Shown: positions 9,480-19,188, counted from the stretch's first letter. The stretch: 64,000 nt of DNA from Myxococcota bacterium (GCA_023150835.1 JAKLKB010000002.1:1-64000); one strand, 5' to 3'. Notes: a model not told the origin generated them from the letters alone. Program-made: numbers and translations.

Positions 9480-10094
9480 ATGAGCTTTCCCAAACCCTTT
9501 TATCGTTGGCGTCCACACCCTTGGCACGGCTTGAGCGTGGGTCCGCAACCTCCGCGTGTTGTCCATGCCTACATCGAGATCACCACCTACGACAGCGTCA
9601 AGTACGAAGTCGATAAAGAAACCGGCTACTTGCGCGTGGATCGCCCCCAACGCTTTTCCTCTCAACCTCCTGCCCTGTATGGCTTTATCCCCCGAACCTA
9701 CTGCGGAACCCGTGTCGGTCAACTTTCTCCCAAATCTCAGCGCGGTGACGGCGATCCGATGGATATCTGCGTCCTTTCCGAGCGCTCGATCTCCCGCGCA
9801 GAAGTGTTGCTCAACGCCCGTGTCATCGGCGGTTTACGCATGATCGATGACAACGAAGCCGATGACAAGGTGATCGCCGTCCTTGAAAATGACTCCTTCT
9901 GGTCCGATATCGAGCATTTTTCTCAGCTACCCGATGTTTTGATCGATCGCCTCCGACACTACTTTTTGACCTACAAGTCTGTCCCCGGCCAAGAAGCCGC
10001 CAAAGTCGCCCTCGACGGCATCTACGACGCGGACGAAGCCCAACGTGTCGTACAAGCCGCCATGCTCGATTATGTCGATGAGTTCGGCGACTAA
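9480..10094 (+). CDS. ppa: Inorganic pyrophosphatase (family I)
   Basis: HPWHG, KYEVDK, YGFIPRT, DGDPMDI and ADDKVIAV motifs. Confidence 0.95.
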   Translation: MSFPKPFYRWRPHPWHGLSVGPQPPRVVHAYIEITTYDSVKYEVDKETGYLRVDRPQRFSSQPPALYGFIPRTYCGTRVGQLSPKSQRGDGDPMDICVLSERSISRAEVLLNARVIGGLRMIDDNEADDKVIAVLENDSFWSDIEHFSQLPDVLIDRLRHYFLTYKSVPGQEAAKVALDGIYDADEAQRVVQAAMLDYVDEFGD

Positions 10095-10206
10095 TACGAA
10101 ATCCGCTCATCGTGTGATCGCAAAACGTAGGGGCAGACAGGTGTGGCTGCCCGATAGCAGGGCATCTACGCACGACCCTTCGATCACAGATCTTTCGGAT
10201 ATCGTA
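10095..10206. mobile_element. Family A MITE, complete, 3-bp TSD TAA
   Basis: TACGAAATCCG ... CGGATATCGTA flanked by TAA at 10092-10094 (the ppa stop) and 10207-10209; internal GTAGGGGCAGACAGGTGTGGCTGCCC hairpin. Confidence 0.85.
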
Positions 10207-10346
10207 TAAGGCGCTTTCTCGGCTGCGCAGCAGCTTCGCAACCAACGTGACTGATCGTGTCGTTGCGTTTGGCGATCCAGAAAAGGCCGCTGCACCGCTC
10301 TATCCGACGAGTTCCGCCACCATCCCTAAGCAAAGGAGGCCCCGAG

Positions 10347-10901
10347 ATGACCTCAGCAGCACGCGAACAACGTTTTCAAGCACTCCGCGAAGAGATCGCA
10401 GAAAAAGCCCGAACCTTGCGTGAGACCTACCCCGGCCCCACAGACGGCGTCTGGGATGAAAGCCAAGCCCCACAGCGCCTGTTGTCGGAGCGTTCGATGC
10501 GTGTGTGGATCGCCCTTGCAGAAGCCCTGCTTGATGACGGAGAAGGTACCCCCACTTCCGCTCAGTTGGCTTGGTTTTCTCGTGAGATTAACGACTTTTT
10601 CGCGACCTCTGCGGGGCTACCGCGCCTTGCGCTGTATGCGCTGCCTTGGCTGTTGGAGACCTCGCCTTGGCTGTCGGGTTCGCATCTGCTGCCCTTTTCC
10701 TTGTTGTCTCGCCCCCAACGTTTGCGGTGCTTGACGCGCATGGAACACGGCCCATTGCCTGCCCTTGGTTTGGTAGCCTTTATGGCAAAGACCTTGGTTT
10801 GCTCGATCTTTTTTGAACACCCCGAAGCCTTGGCCCGCCTTGACTTTGACGGTCGGTGCCTAGACGACAAACCATCGACCAAAACAGCATGGCTGCATTA
10901 A
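10347..10901 (+). CDS. Hypothetical protein, probable small partner of the downstream GMC oxidoreductase
   Basis: GGAGG RBS; PFSLLSRPQRLRCL..K.LV...FF pattern typical of such partner proteins; adjacent to the GMC gene. Confidence 0.55.
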   Translation: MTSAAREQRFQALREEIAEKARTLRETYPGPTDGVWDESQAPQRLLSERSMRVWIALAEALLDDGEGTPTSAQLAWFSREINDFFATSAGLPRLALYALPWLLETSPWLSGSHLLPFSLLSRPQRLRCLTRMEHGPLPALGLVAFMAKTLVCSIFFEHPEALARLDFDGRCLDDKPSTKTAWLH

Positions 10902-10997
10902 AACCTGTCTCAAAGAAATGGCACAGGTCATTTGGTGACTTCGGCCAAAACAGTACGGTTGCATGAAAACACGCGAGAAAGACGGAGATTGTCGACC

Positions 10998-12515
10998 ATG
11001 ATCTTACAGGGTTCCCAGCTTCAACGGGACTTTGCGCTGGAGACAGATGTACTGGTGATCGGCTCAGGCAGCGGAGGGGCCGTCGTTGCCCACGAGTTGG
11101 CACGAGCAGGCCGCGAAGTGGTGATCGTCGAAGAAGGCCGTTATATCCGCCCCGAAGTGTACGGACAATGGCGGCCCTCACAGACGTTGCGGCGGATCGG
11201 TCGAGCGGGCGGAACAACGGTGGCTTTGGGCATCGGAGACTCGCCGACGATCAACATCTTGGCGGGTTCGTGTGTGGGTGGCTCGTCTGTGTTGACGGGT
11301 GGCGTGTGTTTTCGCATCCCCGAAGAAGTCCACGAAGAATGGGTACGAAGTCTCAAAACAACCTCCTTGTCTGCGGAGGCGATGGCTCCGTTTTATGAAC
11401 ACATTGAGGCGATGAGCCATGTAAGTCCTGTGCCGATCGAGATGCGTACGCGAGGGACAGAGCTTTTTGCAAAAGGAGCCGAGCGCCTCGGACGCGAAGT
11501 CTTCCCGATCTCGCGCAATACCAAGGGATGTTGTGGATGTAGCCGCTGCAACTTTGGCTGTCCCAACCAAGCCAAACTCTCTGTCGACTTAACTTTTTTA
11601 CCGAAAGCCCAAGCCGCAGGGGCGCGGATCTTCTCGGACTTTCGGGTGGAACGGATCTTGGTGGAGGGTGGGCGTGCGGTGGGTGCGGAAGGTGTGATCT
11701 TACGCGAACCTGATCGGCGTGCGGCCCACCGCTTTACGATACGGGCCAAGACCGTGGTGATGGCGGCAGGTACGTTGCATTCTCCGTTGATCTTGATGCG
11801 CAGTCGGATCGGTCGGCGAAGTGGTCAGGTGGGGCGTGATATCACGTTGCATCCGGCCTTTCGGGTGGGTGCATTCTTTGACGATCCGATCTACAACTGG
11901 CGGGGAGCCTTACAAGGGGCGTATTGTACGCATCCAACTGACGACCGCTTGATCTTCATCGGGGCTTCTGCGCCCGTCAACTTCTTAACGGCGACTGTCC
12001 CGGGCTTGGGGCCTGCGTGGGTCCAACGGCTGCGCTCTCAGATGCGGCACATGGCGACCTTTGGGGGGATGGTTCATGACAAGGCGGGCGGGCGGATCTG
12101 GACGCGCCTTGGTAGCGAACCCGTCATCACCTATCGGCTCAACCCACAAGACAAAGCCTCGATGCTCGAAGGGATGCGGTTTTTGGCCGAAGCCTTTTTT
12201 GCAGCGGGTGCGCGTGAAGTCTTGCTCCCGATTATCGGGCTTGAACCGATCAAGGACATGGATCAACTTCGCCATCTCGATCTACCGTCGATGCCGGGAA
12301 GTCGGATCGAATGCCTGTCCTTTCATCCGCTCGGTTCTTGCCGCATGGGGGCCGATCCGCACCGCGCTGTGGTCGATGTCGAGGGACAATGCTTTGATGT
12401 GCAAGGTCTGTGGATCGCAGACGGTAGTGTTTTTCCGTCAAGCGTCGGAGTCAACACACAGATCCCCGTCATGACGATGGCTGCACGCACCGCTGCCGCC
12501 ATCTTGGAGCATTGA
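10998..12515 (+). CDS. GMC family oxidoreductase
   Basis: DVLVIGSGSGG FAD motif; CVGGSSV; CCGCSRCNFGC; HPLGSCRMG; ADGSVFPSSVGVN. Confidence 0.92.
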   Translation: MILQGSQLQRDFALETDVLVIGSGSGGAVVAHELARAGREVVIVEEGRYIRPEVYGQWRPSQTLRRIGRAGGTTVALGIGDSPTINILAGSCVGGSSVLTGGVCFRIPEEVHEEWVRSLKTTSLSAEAMAPFYEHIEAMSHVSPVPIEMRTRGTELFAKGAERLGREVFPISRNTKGCCGCSRCNFGCPNQAKLSVDLTFLPKAQAAGARIFSDFRVERILVEGGRAVGAEGVILREPDRRAAHRFTIRAKTVVMAAGTLHSPLILMRSRIGRRSGQVGRDITLHPAFRVGAFFDDPIYNWRGALQGAYCTHPTDDRLIFIGASAPVNFLTATVPGLGPAWVQRLRSQMRHMATFGGMVHDKAGGRIWTRLGSEPVITYRLNPQDKASMLEGMRFLAEAFFAAGAREVLLPIIGLEPIKDMDQLRHLDLPSMPGSRIECLSFHPLGSCRMGADPHRAVVDVEGQCFDVQGLWIADGSVFPSSVGVNTQIPVMTMAARTAAAILEH

Positions 12516-12533
12516 CAGGCTTTTTCTATCTAA

Positions 12534-12649
12534 TAGGACCTACGCAGTCCGATACGAAAAAGGCCAATGTTCGGGCGCGGGCGGTTCGCGAACCGCCCCT
12601 ACAACGTTATGATATCTCAGGGTTTCCCTTTTCAACTGCGTCACTCCTA
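12534..12649. mobile_element. Family G MITE, 5-bp TSD TCTAA, carrying a GTAG-type REP palindrome
   Basis: Ends TAGGACCTACGCAGT and ACTGCGTCACTCCTA; TCTAA at 12529-12533 and 12650-12654; internal GGGCGGTTCGCGAACCGCCCCTAC. Confidence 0.8.
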
Positions 12650-12669
12650 TCTAAGCAAAGGAGCATCTC

Positions 12670-12900
12670 ATGGTGAAGATTTATCTCACCGTTGTTCTCG
12701 GTACGATCCTGTCTTTTTTTGCCGATGTTGCCCCTTGGGGCGGCTGTTGTGGTGGCGGAACCCCCAAACGAGAGATCCCTCAAGACGAGCCTCCTGCCGA
12801 CTCACGCTTGCACAAAACCACACCTACCCGACTTGTCGCCGCCCTCGTGATCCAAAACAAAACGCTCGCTCATCCAGCCAAACAGGCACAACGCTCTTGA
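12670..12900 (+). CDS. Small hypothetical protein with hydrophobic N-terminus
   Basis: AAGGAG RBS; signal-like N-terminus followed by GGCC. Confidence 0.35.
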   Translation: MVKIYLTVVLGTILSFFADVAPWGGCCGGGTPKREIPQDEPPADSRLHKTTPTRLVAALVIQNKTLAHPAKQAQRS

Positions 12901-12951
12901 AAAGATCCCACTTCCCCAAAACCCAACCAACCACTTTTAGCCGAAAAGGAA

Positions 12952-13122
12952 TAGGTGTCACGCAGTAGCCAAAAAAAGCCGTGTTCGCACCCGCCCAAGC
13001 GACAGAGTCGTTGTTTTGAAAGACATCTGCTCTCTTCGCCAACACAGGGTCAAGGGAGCCGCGCTCTATGGCGGGGCGTGGGGTGACACCCCACAAAAAC
13101 CGACCCCCCTGCGTAATTCCTA
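12952..13122. mobile_element. Family G MITE carrying a family D repeat
   Basis: Ends TAGGTGTCACGCAGT and CTGCGTAATTCCTA; flanks AGGAA and AGAAA (4/5 match); D core at 12970-13094. Confidence 0.75.
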
Positions 13123-13140
13123 AGAAAAAAGAGAATGATC

Positions 13141-14658
13141 ATGGAAGAAATCTTAAAGCACTTTGGTCTGACCCAAGCTCATGCAGGCGCTTGCATCGGA
13201 GGCGACCGATGGATCGACACTCCGGGGGCTGCGCTGCTCACGTCGATGAATCCCAGCCAAGGAACTCCCCTTGCAACGGTGCAGATGGCGCATCGCGCCC
13301 AATACGAAGAAGTCGCTCAGGCCGCAACCAGCGCCTTTTCAAGCTGGCGGATGGTTCCCGCTCCCAAACGCGGAGAGCTGATCCGCGTGCTGGGCAACGC
13401 TCTACGCGAAGAAAAAGAACCGCTTGGCCGCTTGGTGTCGCTTGAGATGGGCAAGATCCTTCAAGAAGGACTCGGCGAAGTCCAAGAGATGATCGATATC
13501 TGTGACTTTGCGGTGGGCCTCTCGCGTCAACTTTACGGACTCACCATGCACTCCGAACGCCCGAAACATCGGATGGTTGAGCAATGGCATCCGCTCGGTG
13601 TGGTCGGGATCATCTCGGCGTTCAACTTCCCCGTGGCTGTGTGGGCTTGGAATGCTGCGATCGCTGCGGTCTGCGGTGATTCGATGATCTGGAAACCCTC
13701 TCCCAAAACACCACTGACCGCGCTTGCGGTGCAAAAGATCTGCGATCGCGTCTGCGCATCGTTCGGATACAAGGGCCTCTTTAACTTGATCATCGGCGCA
13801 GACCAAGAAGTCGGCGAAGCCTTGATCAACGATCCCCGTGTCCCGCTGATCTCCGCCACAGGCTCTGTGCGCATGGGCCGCCATGTCGGGCAAGTCGTCG
13901 CCAAACGCCTTGGCCGCTCGATCTTGGAACTCGGCGGCAACAATGCCATCCTCGTCGATGCTTCGGCGCGTCTCGATCTCGCGACCCGAGCGATCTTGTT
14001 TGGGGCGGTGGGGACAGCAGGACAACGCTGCACGTCGACACGCCGCATCTTTGCCCACGAAAGCATCGTCGACGCGCTACTAGAACGTCTGACCAAAGCC
14101 TACGCTTCTGTTCGGATCGGCGATCCGCTGGCTCCCGAAACCTTGATGGGTCCGCTGATCGATGAACAAGCCGTCACGCAGATGATGCACGCCATCGAAG
14201 CCGCAACATCCCAAGGCGGCGAGGTCTTGTGCGGTGGAACCAAGCTCGAACGCCCCGGCCACTTTGTCACACCCTGCATCATCCGTATGCCCGCGCAGAC
14301 CGAAGTGGTGCGCGATGAAACCTTTGCGCCGATCCTCTATGTGATGACCTATTCCACCCTCGAAGAAGCCATCGAACGACAAAATGAAGTCCCCCAAGGA
14401 CTTTCTTCCGCGATGTTCACCAGCGATCTCTACGCCGCCGAGCATTTCTTGTCGCACCAAGGCTCCGACTGTGGGATCGCCAACATCAATATCGGTACAT
14501 CAGGAGCCGAGATCGGCGGAGCCTTCGGCGGAGAAAAAGAAACAGGCGGTGGACGCGAAGCCGGTTCCGATGCTTGGAAAGCCTATATGCGCCGCCAAAC
14601 CAACACCGTCAACGGGTCTCTCGAACTCCCCCTCGCCCAAGGCATCCACTTCGATTGA
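13141..14658 (+). CDS. amaB: Aldehyde dehydrogenase family 7 (alpha-aminoadipic semialdehyde / piperideine-6-carboxylate dehydrogenase)
   Basis: EGLGEVQEMIDICDFAVGLSRQLYG, LELGGNNA, GTAGQRCT and GAEIGGAFGGEKETGGGRE, all characteristic of ALDH7. Confidence 0.9.
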   Translation: MEEILKHFGLTQAHAGACIGGDRWIDTPGAALLTSMNPSQGTPLATVQMAHRAQYEEVAQAATSAFSSWRMVPAPKRGELIRVLGNALREEKEPLGRLVSLEMGKILQEGLGEVQEMIDICDFAVGLSRQLYGLTMHSERPKHRMVEQWHPLGVVGIISAFNFPVAVWAWNAAIAAVCGDSMIWKPSPKTPLTALAVQKICDRVCASFGYKGLFNLIIGADQEVGEALINDPRVPLISATGSVRMGRHVGQVVAKRLGRSILELGGNNAILVDASARLDLATRAILFGAVGTAGQRCTSTRRIFAHESIVDALLERLTKAYASVRIGDPLAPETLMGPLIDEQAVTQMMHAIEAATSQGGEVLCGGTKLERPGHFVTPCIIRMPAQTEVVRDETFAPILYVMTYSTLEEAIERQNEVPQGLSSAMFTSDLYAAEHFLSHQGSDCGIANINIGTSGAEIGGAFGGEKETGGGREAGSDAWKAYMRRQTNTVNGSLELPLAQGIHFD

Positions 14659-14742
14659 TCGGCCTCCCCCTCTGCTGCATCTCCTCCACACCTCTACGCC
14701 CCGTCCTCTCGATCTGTTCTTCTCCTTTGTGGGGCTTTGCCC

Positions 14743-15075
14743 CATACGCGCTAGGTTAGCGCTGTAGACGCTTGAAAAGACACACAAAAAAAAGGATACG
14801 CTTCACGGTGTAAACCTTTTTCCAACAGAGGAGAAAAGCCATGAAGCATACCCCAAAGGAACGCACCTCATCTCTTCTTTTTGAGCAACAACGAACACTG
14901 ATCGAAGAGCTTGCGCAGAAGCACGGCATCTTGAAGCGGAGGAGACAGATCCGCTGCATCGGTGAGCTTCTTTTCATGTTACAACTCGTTGCTTTAGCAA
15001 ATACCTGCTTGCGCACTGCTGCGGAGTTGTTTTCTGGACAAAACAAAACTTTACACGCTTAACAAGGCGCGTATG
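14743..15075 (+). mobile_element. Internally deleted IS4-family element (family C ends)
   Basis: Ends CATACGCGCTAGGTTAG and CTTAACAAGGCGCGTATG; left flank GGGCTTTGCCC; contains a transposase-like ORF. Confidence 0.7.
14841..15062 (+). pseudogene. Truncated IS4-family transposase (N-terminal about 70 aa)
   Basis: GAGGAG RBS; IEELAQKHGILKRRRQI..ELL...LRTAAE resembles IS4 transposase N-termini; the stop codon lies inside the right terminal repeat. Confidence 0.6.
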
Positions 15076-15079
15076 GGGG

Positions 15080-15485
15080 CACTTGGACCAACTCATGCCA
15101 TTCGTTTGCGATCATCCTTCCTACAATATCCGTCAAAAGCGTATCCATAAGCGCCGATGCGGTTTGTTGTAAACGCCCTGTGATTGGGCAGCCACAGGGG
15201 GCACTTGGTCCAACTCATGCCATTCGTTTGTGAGCATCGTTCCTATCATATCCGTCAAAAGCGTATCCAAAAGTGTCGATGCGATTTGTTGTAAACGCCC
15301 TGTGATTGGGCAGCCACACCTGTCTGCCCCTACTTTTTCACTTACTTCATGGACGGAACTCGTAGAAACTGTTTGCTTTGAAAAAAGCAGCCGTCAAAGC
15401 GAACAGTCCGGAGCAGAAACCTCGTTACGCAGGGAAAAAACAGTCGTGTTGTCAGCGAAACGAATCGATTGAGTTGGTCCAAGTG
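15080..15485. mobile_element. Family B MITE, 9-bp TSD GTATGGGGG, with internal 122-bp tandem duplication
   Basis: Ends CACTTGGACCAACTCA and TGAGTTGGTCCAAGTG; GTATGGGGG at 15071-15079 and 15486-15494; left arm repeated at +122. Confidence 0.85.
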
Positions 15486-15501
15486 GTATGGGGGCTGCCC
15501 C

Positions 15502-15726
15502 CATAGGCGTTAGGTTAAGCGCTTGTTGGCCCCCCCACCCCAGCCCTCCCCCGTGAACAGGGGAGGGAGCGAAAGTCGGAAGCAGCGGGGATTTTGTTTT
15601 TTCATGACACACGCTGTATGCACGACGCGACTTCCCCCCGTTCACGGGGGGATTGAGGGGGGGCGACAAAAGAAACGGCGATCAGGCTAGACTATCCGGT
15701 GTTTCCACCTTAACAAGGCGCGTATG
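15502..15726. mobile_element. Family C (IS4-like) MITE with perfect 11-bp TSD GGGGCTGCCCC
   Basis: Ends CATAGGCGTTAGGTTAAG and CTTAACAAGGCGCGTATG; TSD at 15491-15501 and 15727-15737; two internal G/C-rich hairpins. Confidence 0.9.
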
Positions 15727-15772
15727 GGGGCTGCCCCTACGTTTTGCGATCACACGCTCTGCGGATCTCGTA
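15727..15772. repeat. Family A right end
   Basis: GGGGCTGCCCCTAC...CGATCACAC...CGGATCTCGTA followed by TAA. Confidence 0.75.
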
Positions 15773-15854
15773 TAACCTTACACTTCGCCGCCTCAATCGC
15801 CAAACAAGCGGCTCAACAAACAAACTTTCCCTCTCAACCCCAAGGAGTTCCAAG

Positions 15855-16226
15855 ATGCCCCGAAACATCGTGATCTTGTTTTTCGCGCTCATCGCTCTCT
15901 CAACGTTTTCTCCTCGCGCTTTCGCTCTCAAATGCGCCGAAGAAAGCTTCGAAGACAAAGTTCAGCGCGCTCCGACCGTCTTTATCGGCGAAGTTGTTTC
16001 CATCGCCCCCGCTCGTAAAACCCCCGATGTCTCCCGCAACAGCGTCCGCTACCAAATCCGCATCACCCGCATGCTCAAGCGCGATCCCAAACGACCACTC
16101 AAACAAGGCAGCCTTTTTTGGGTTCAACCCCACTTCTTCCGAAACAATCTCAACGGAAAAATCGGAAAACTCTATCTCTTCTTTAACACCTCTTGGCTTT
16201 GTCGATGGCCGATCCCCATCCGCTGA
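15855..16226 (+). CDS. Small secreted protein
   Basis: AAGGAG RBS; signal peptide ending AFA; C...APTVFIGEV pattern seen in TIMP/NTR-like bacterial proteins. Confidence 0.6.
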   Translation: MPRNIVILFFALIALSTFSPRAFALKCAEESFEDKVQRAPTVFIGEVVSIAPARKTPDVSRNSVRYQIRITRMLKRDPKRPLKQGSLFWVQPHFFRNNLNGKIGKLYLFFNTSWLCRWPIPIR

Positions 16227-16339
16227 TCTCTCCCTCTACTCTCCCTCTTCTCTCCCTCTACTCTTCCTCTTCTCTCCCTCTTCTTTTTCTGCCTTCTTTC
16301 CGTGTATTCCGTGTATTCCGTGGACTCTTCTTTTTCTGC

Positions 16340-17827
16340 CTACAAATTCCGAGGCCCCGTTGGGTCGCCTGCTGTGGGTGCCTCATGTTGGTGGCTTTGG
16401 AGGTTCCATGTAATCGCCAACAGCAAGGTCGCCAACACACCGCAAGCCAGAATCAAATAGATCACATTCAGCCAAGCCGCTTCGACCCCCAATGTGGCTT
16501 GCTGTTGCTTCAACAAAGCCCCAAATCCTTTGGCTTGGACTGTTCGGCCAATATAACCAAACAATCCGATGAAACCTGCCGCTGCGCCGATCGCTTTTTT
16601 GGACGTGAGATCCAGCGCAAGGATCACGATCAAGTTAATTACGGGGTAAATAAAAAAACCAATCGTCGCCAGCATCGCCATATCCAACCAAAGATAACCG
16701 GGCGGGGTGAACACCATCACCACAAATGCCCCGATAATCGGGATCATACACAACGTCGCGATCATCCCGCGCCGCCCACCCATCCGATCCGACAACCATC
16801 CCAACAAGATCGTCGACGGGATCCCCCCAAACTCCAAGACCAAGATCGCCACACCACCACTCGCCAGCGTCGCTTGTTTGACTTCCCGAAGATACATCGG
16901 ACCCCAATCCAACATACAATAGCGGGCAATGTACGCAAAAAAATTCGCAAACGCCAACAGCCACACATATTTGTTTGTTAGCACATAGTCAAACAAGATC
17001 TCTCGAAAACCAAGTTCTCGTTCTTCTTGTTTTTCGCTTTCTGCTTCGGTAATTTCTTTGTTTTTTTGTTCCGCGCTTTCTCTTGTCGCTTCGTCTGCCT
17101 TGACGGTCTTTTCATTCCATATTTTTTCTTTTTCAAATGCGGCGCGCTTTTTCAATGCCTCATATTCTTCGATCGGAGGAAGTCCCACAGATTGCGGCGT
17201 ATCGCAAAGCCGCCAAAACAGATACACCGCTCCCACCATCGACAACAATCCCGGAACCACAAAGGCATATTGCCATCCTCCGTAAGCCGTCACAGCCCAC
17301 GCCGCCAACATCCCCGCGATGCCGCCCCCAACGTTGTGCGACGTATTCCACACACTGAACATCAAACCGCGTTCAGACTTGGTGAACCAATGCCCCATAC
17401 TTCGCCCACACGGAGGCCACCCCATCCCCTGAATAAACCCATTCAACGACCACAAAAACAAGTGCATCTCATAACTGGCCACCCCACCAAACAACAGATT
17501 ACAGAGAGCCGTCAAAAACAGCCCAAACGCCATAAACACACGGGGATTGCTGCGATCAGACAAGGTCCCCATCACAAACTTGCCGACACCGTAGCTGATC
17601 GCCGAGATCGCAAGGATGTTGCCGATCATCGCGTGGTCGTAATGCAGGGCATATTCGATATCTTTGGCGACCACAGAAAGATTGTTGCGGACAAGATAAA
17701 AGACACCATAGCCAAGAAACGTCGACTCCATCACGCTCCAACGATAACGCGGATACAGGCGAGCAGCTTCTTGATCAGGAAGTCGAGAGATCGCAGGCGC
17801 AGGGCGAAAAGGATTTTTGGATAGCAT
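16340..17827 (-). CDS. glpT: Glycerol-3-phosphate transporter (MFS, OPA family)
   Basis: YLVRNNLS, SDRSNPR, QGMGWPPCGR, WNTSHNVGGG, DTPQSVGLPPIEEY and GAAAGFIGLFGY motifs. Confidence 0.9.
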   Translation of the reverse strand: MLSKNPFRPAPAISRLPDQEAARLYPRYRWSVMESTFLGYGVFYLVRNNLSVVAKDIEYALHYDHAMIGNILAISAISYGVGKFVMGTLSDRSNPRVFMAFGLFLTALCNLLFGGVASYEMHLFLWSLNGFIQGMGWPPCGRSMGHWFTKSERGLMFSVWNTSHNVGGGIAGMLAAWAVTAYGGWQYAFVVPGLLSMVGAVYLFWRLCDTPQSVGLPPIEEYEALKKRAAFEKEKIWNEKTVKADEATRESAEQKNKEITEAESEKQEERELGFREILFDYVLTNKYVWLLAFANFFAYIARYCMLDWGPMYLREVKQATLASGGVAILVLEFGGIPSTILLGWLSDRMGGRRGMIATLCMIPIIGAFVVMVFTPPGYLWLDMAMLATIGFFIYPVINLIVILALDLTSKKAIGAAAGFIGLFGYIGRTVQAKGFGALLKQQQATLGVEAAWLNVIYLILACGVLATLLLAITWNLQSHQHEAPTAGDPTGPRNL

Positions 17828-17921
17828 CTGTCTTCTTTCTCGCTGAGTAATCAGAGACTTATGCGATTTATTTTGTGAGTCGTCTTCCCAGATCCCACAA
17901 GAGGCGTTCGCCCCTTACCCC

Positions 17922-19169
17922 CTACTCTGTGAGGTAAGTTTCGGCCACAGCTCCCGCCACGATGGCCACGAAAAACAAGCCGAACATCCACCCCTCGGTC
18001 AGCATCCCAAAGCGATAAAGCAGCATCCCCCCTCCTGCCCCCACCGCGAGAGACGTCCCCCACTGCACCAACCACTTGATCCAGACAGCCGTTCCTTTCT
18101 TCTTAATCTCTAACACGGTTGTCATGGTAGACGGAAGCGCAGCCAACAATTTCTCTTTGCCTTTTTCGTCCATCGCTCCCGTCAGTTCAAGCCGTTGTAA
18201 TCCCCGAAGCTGCGGCAACACACGCGAAAGTGTTTTTGATATCTCGGTGCCCTCAAAAGAAAACTCTGTCAGCGTTTGGATCTGCTCCAAAAAATGCCAG
18301 TCCACAGGTTGTTCTGGATCGAAGGAAACCACCTGAAGACGCCGTAAGTTGGGCATTGCAGCACAGCCTTCGAGGGTGCCTTTTTTCCAATCGCAAGAGT
18401 CCAGCGTCAAATGCTCGATCGACTCGCAGCGTGCGATATCCGCCATCTGAGCGGCGTCTAGCAAATAACGACGCAAAGAAAACGTTCGCAATCCACGCAT
18501 CTTGCGCAAGAACGAGAGTCCCCCCTCAAGGGAGAGAGAAAGAGCTTCACCGCTATAATCAAAAGAAAGGCTCTGAAGTTGAGACAGCGATTCGATGTTC
18601 AACACCACTTCATCGACCATCCAGTCGTTGATCTCAAGGAAAAGTTCGCGGAGTCCTTGCATCCGAGGCAGCAGCCGCAGGATATCCGCATCCACACCGT
18701 CGGACTCTTGGAGGGAAAAAGCTTCCAGATGTTTCATCTCGGCCAGCGGTGCAAACTTCTCTTTTGAAAAATTGGTACATCCCACACGAATCTTTCGCAA
18801 AGAAGAAAGCCCAGCGATCTCTTCAAAGTGTTCAACCGTTAAGCCTTCATCATCATCGTAAACGCCGAGAGCTTTTAGCGAGTCACACGCTTCTAAAGCA
18901 GAAAAAATGCCTAAATTTTGTGCGTCTTCAAACCAAAAATTGATCTGCTCAACGCCTGTCACAGCCGTCAAGATCTCTTGGATCTGTTCGACACGAGGCT
19001 GCGCGATCAGGATCTCAAGGGACGTCACGGGTTCTTGTGGTGGTGTCGGTTGCGCTTGCTGGCCCGCACGCTCTTTGTCATCGCTGACGGCTGTGCAACC
19101 ATCCTCGACAGGCAACCAAAAGAGCAGGCTTTCGTTTTCGCTCAACACAAGACTTCCTTTCCGCGTCAA
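17922..19169 (-). CDS. Leucine-rich-repeat protein with two C-terminal TM helices; start uncertain
   Basis: LRR units similar in style to 6814-7929 (e.g. LSFLRKMRGLRTFSL, VDWHFLEQ); hydrophobic C-terminus. Confidence 0.65.
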   Translation of the reverse strand: MTRKGSLVLSENESLLFWLPVEDGCTAVSDDKERAGQQAQPTPPQEPVTSLEILIAQPRVEQIQEILTAVTGVEQINFWFEDAQNLGIFSALEACDSLKALGVYDDDEGLTVEHFEEIAGLSSLRKIRVGCTNFSKEKFAPLAEMKHLEAFSLQESDGVDADILRLLPRMQGLRELFLEINDWMVDEVVLNIESLSQLQSLSFDYSGEALSLSLEGGLSFLRKMRGLRTFSLRRYLLDAAQMADIARCESIEHLTLDSCDWKKGTLEGCAAMPNLRRLQVVSFDPEQPVDWHFLEQIQTLTEFSFEGTEISKTLSRVLPQLRGLQRLELTGAMDEKGKEKLLAALPSTMTTVLEIKKKGTAVWIKWLVQWGTSLAVGAGGGMLLYRFGMLTEGWMFGLFFVAIVAGAVAETYLTE

Positions 19170-19188
19170 AGCGCTCGATCAAACCACA

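Noticed and set aside
16227-16330. CT-rich tract and TTCCGTGTA triplet between convergent genes
   Set aside because: Low-complexity short repeats with no ends or structure that I could assign.
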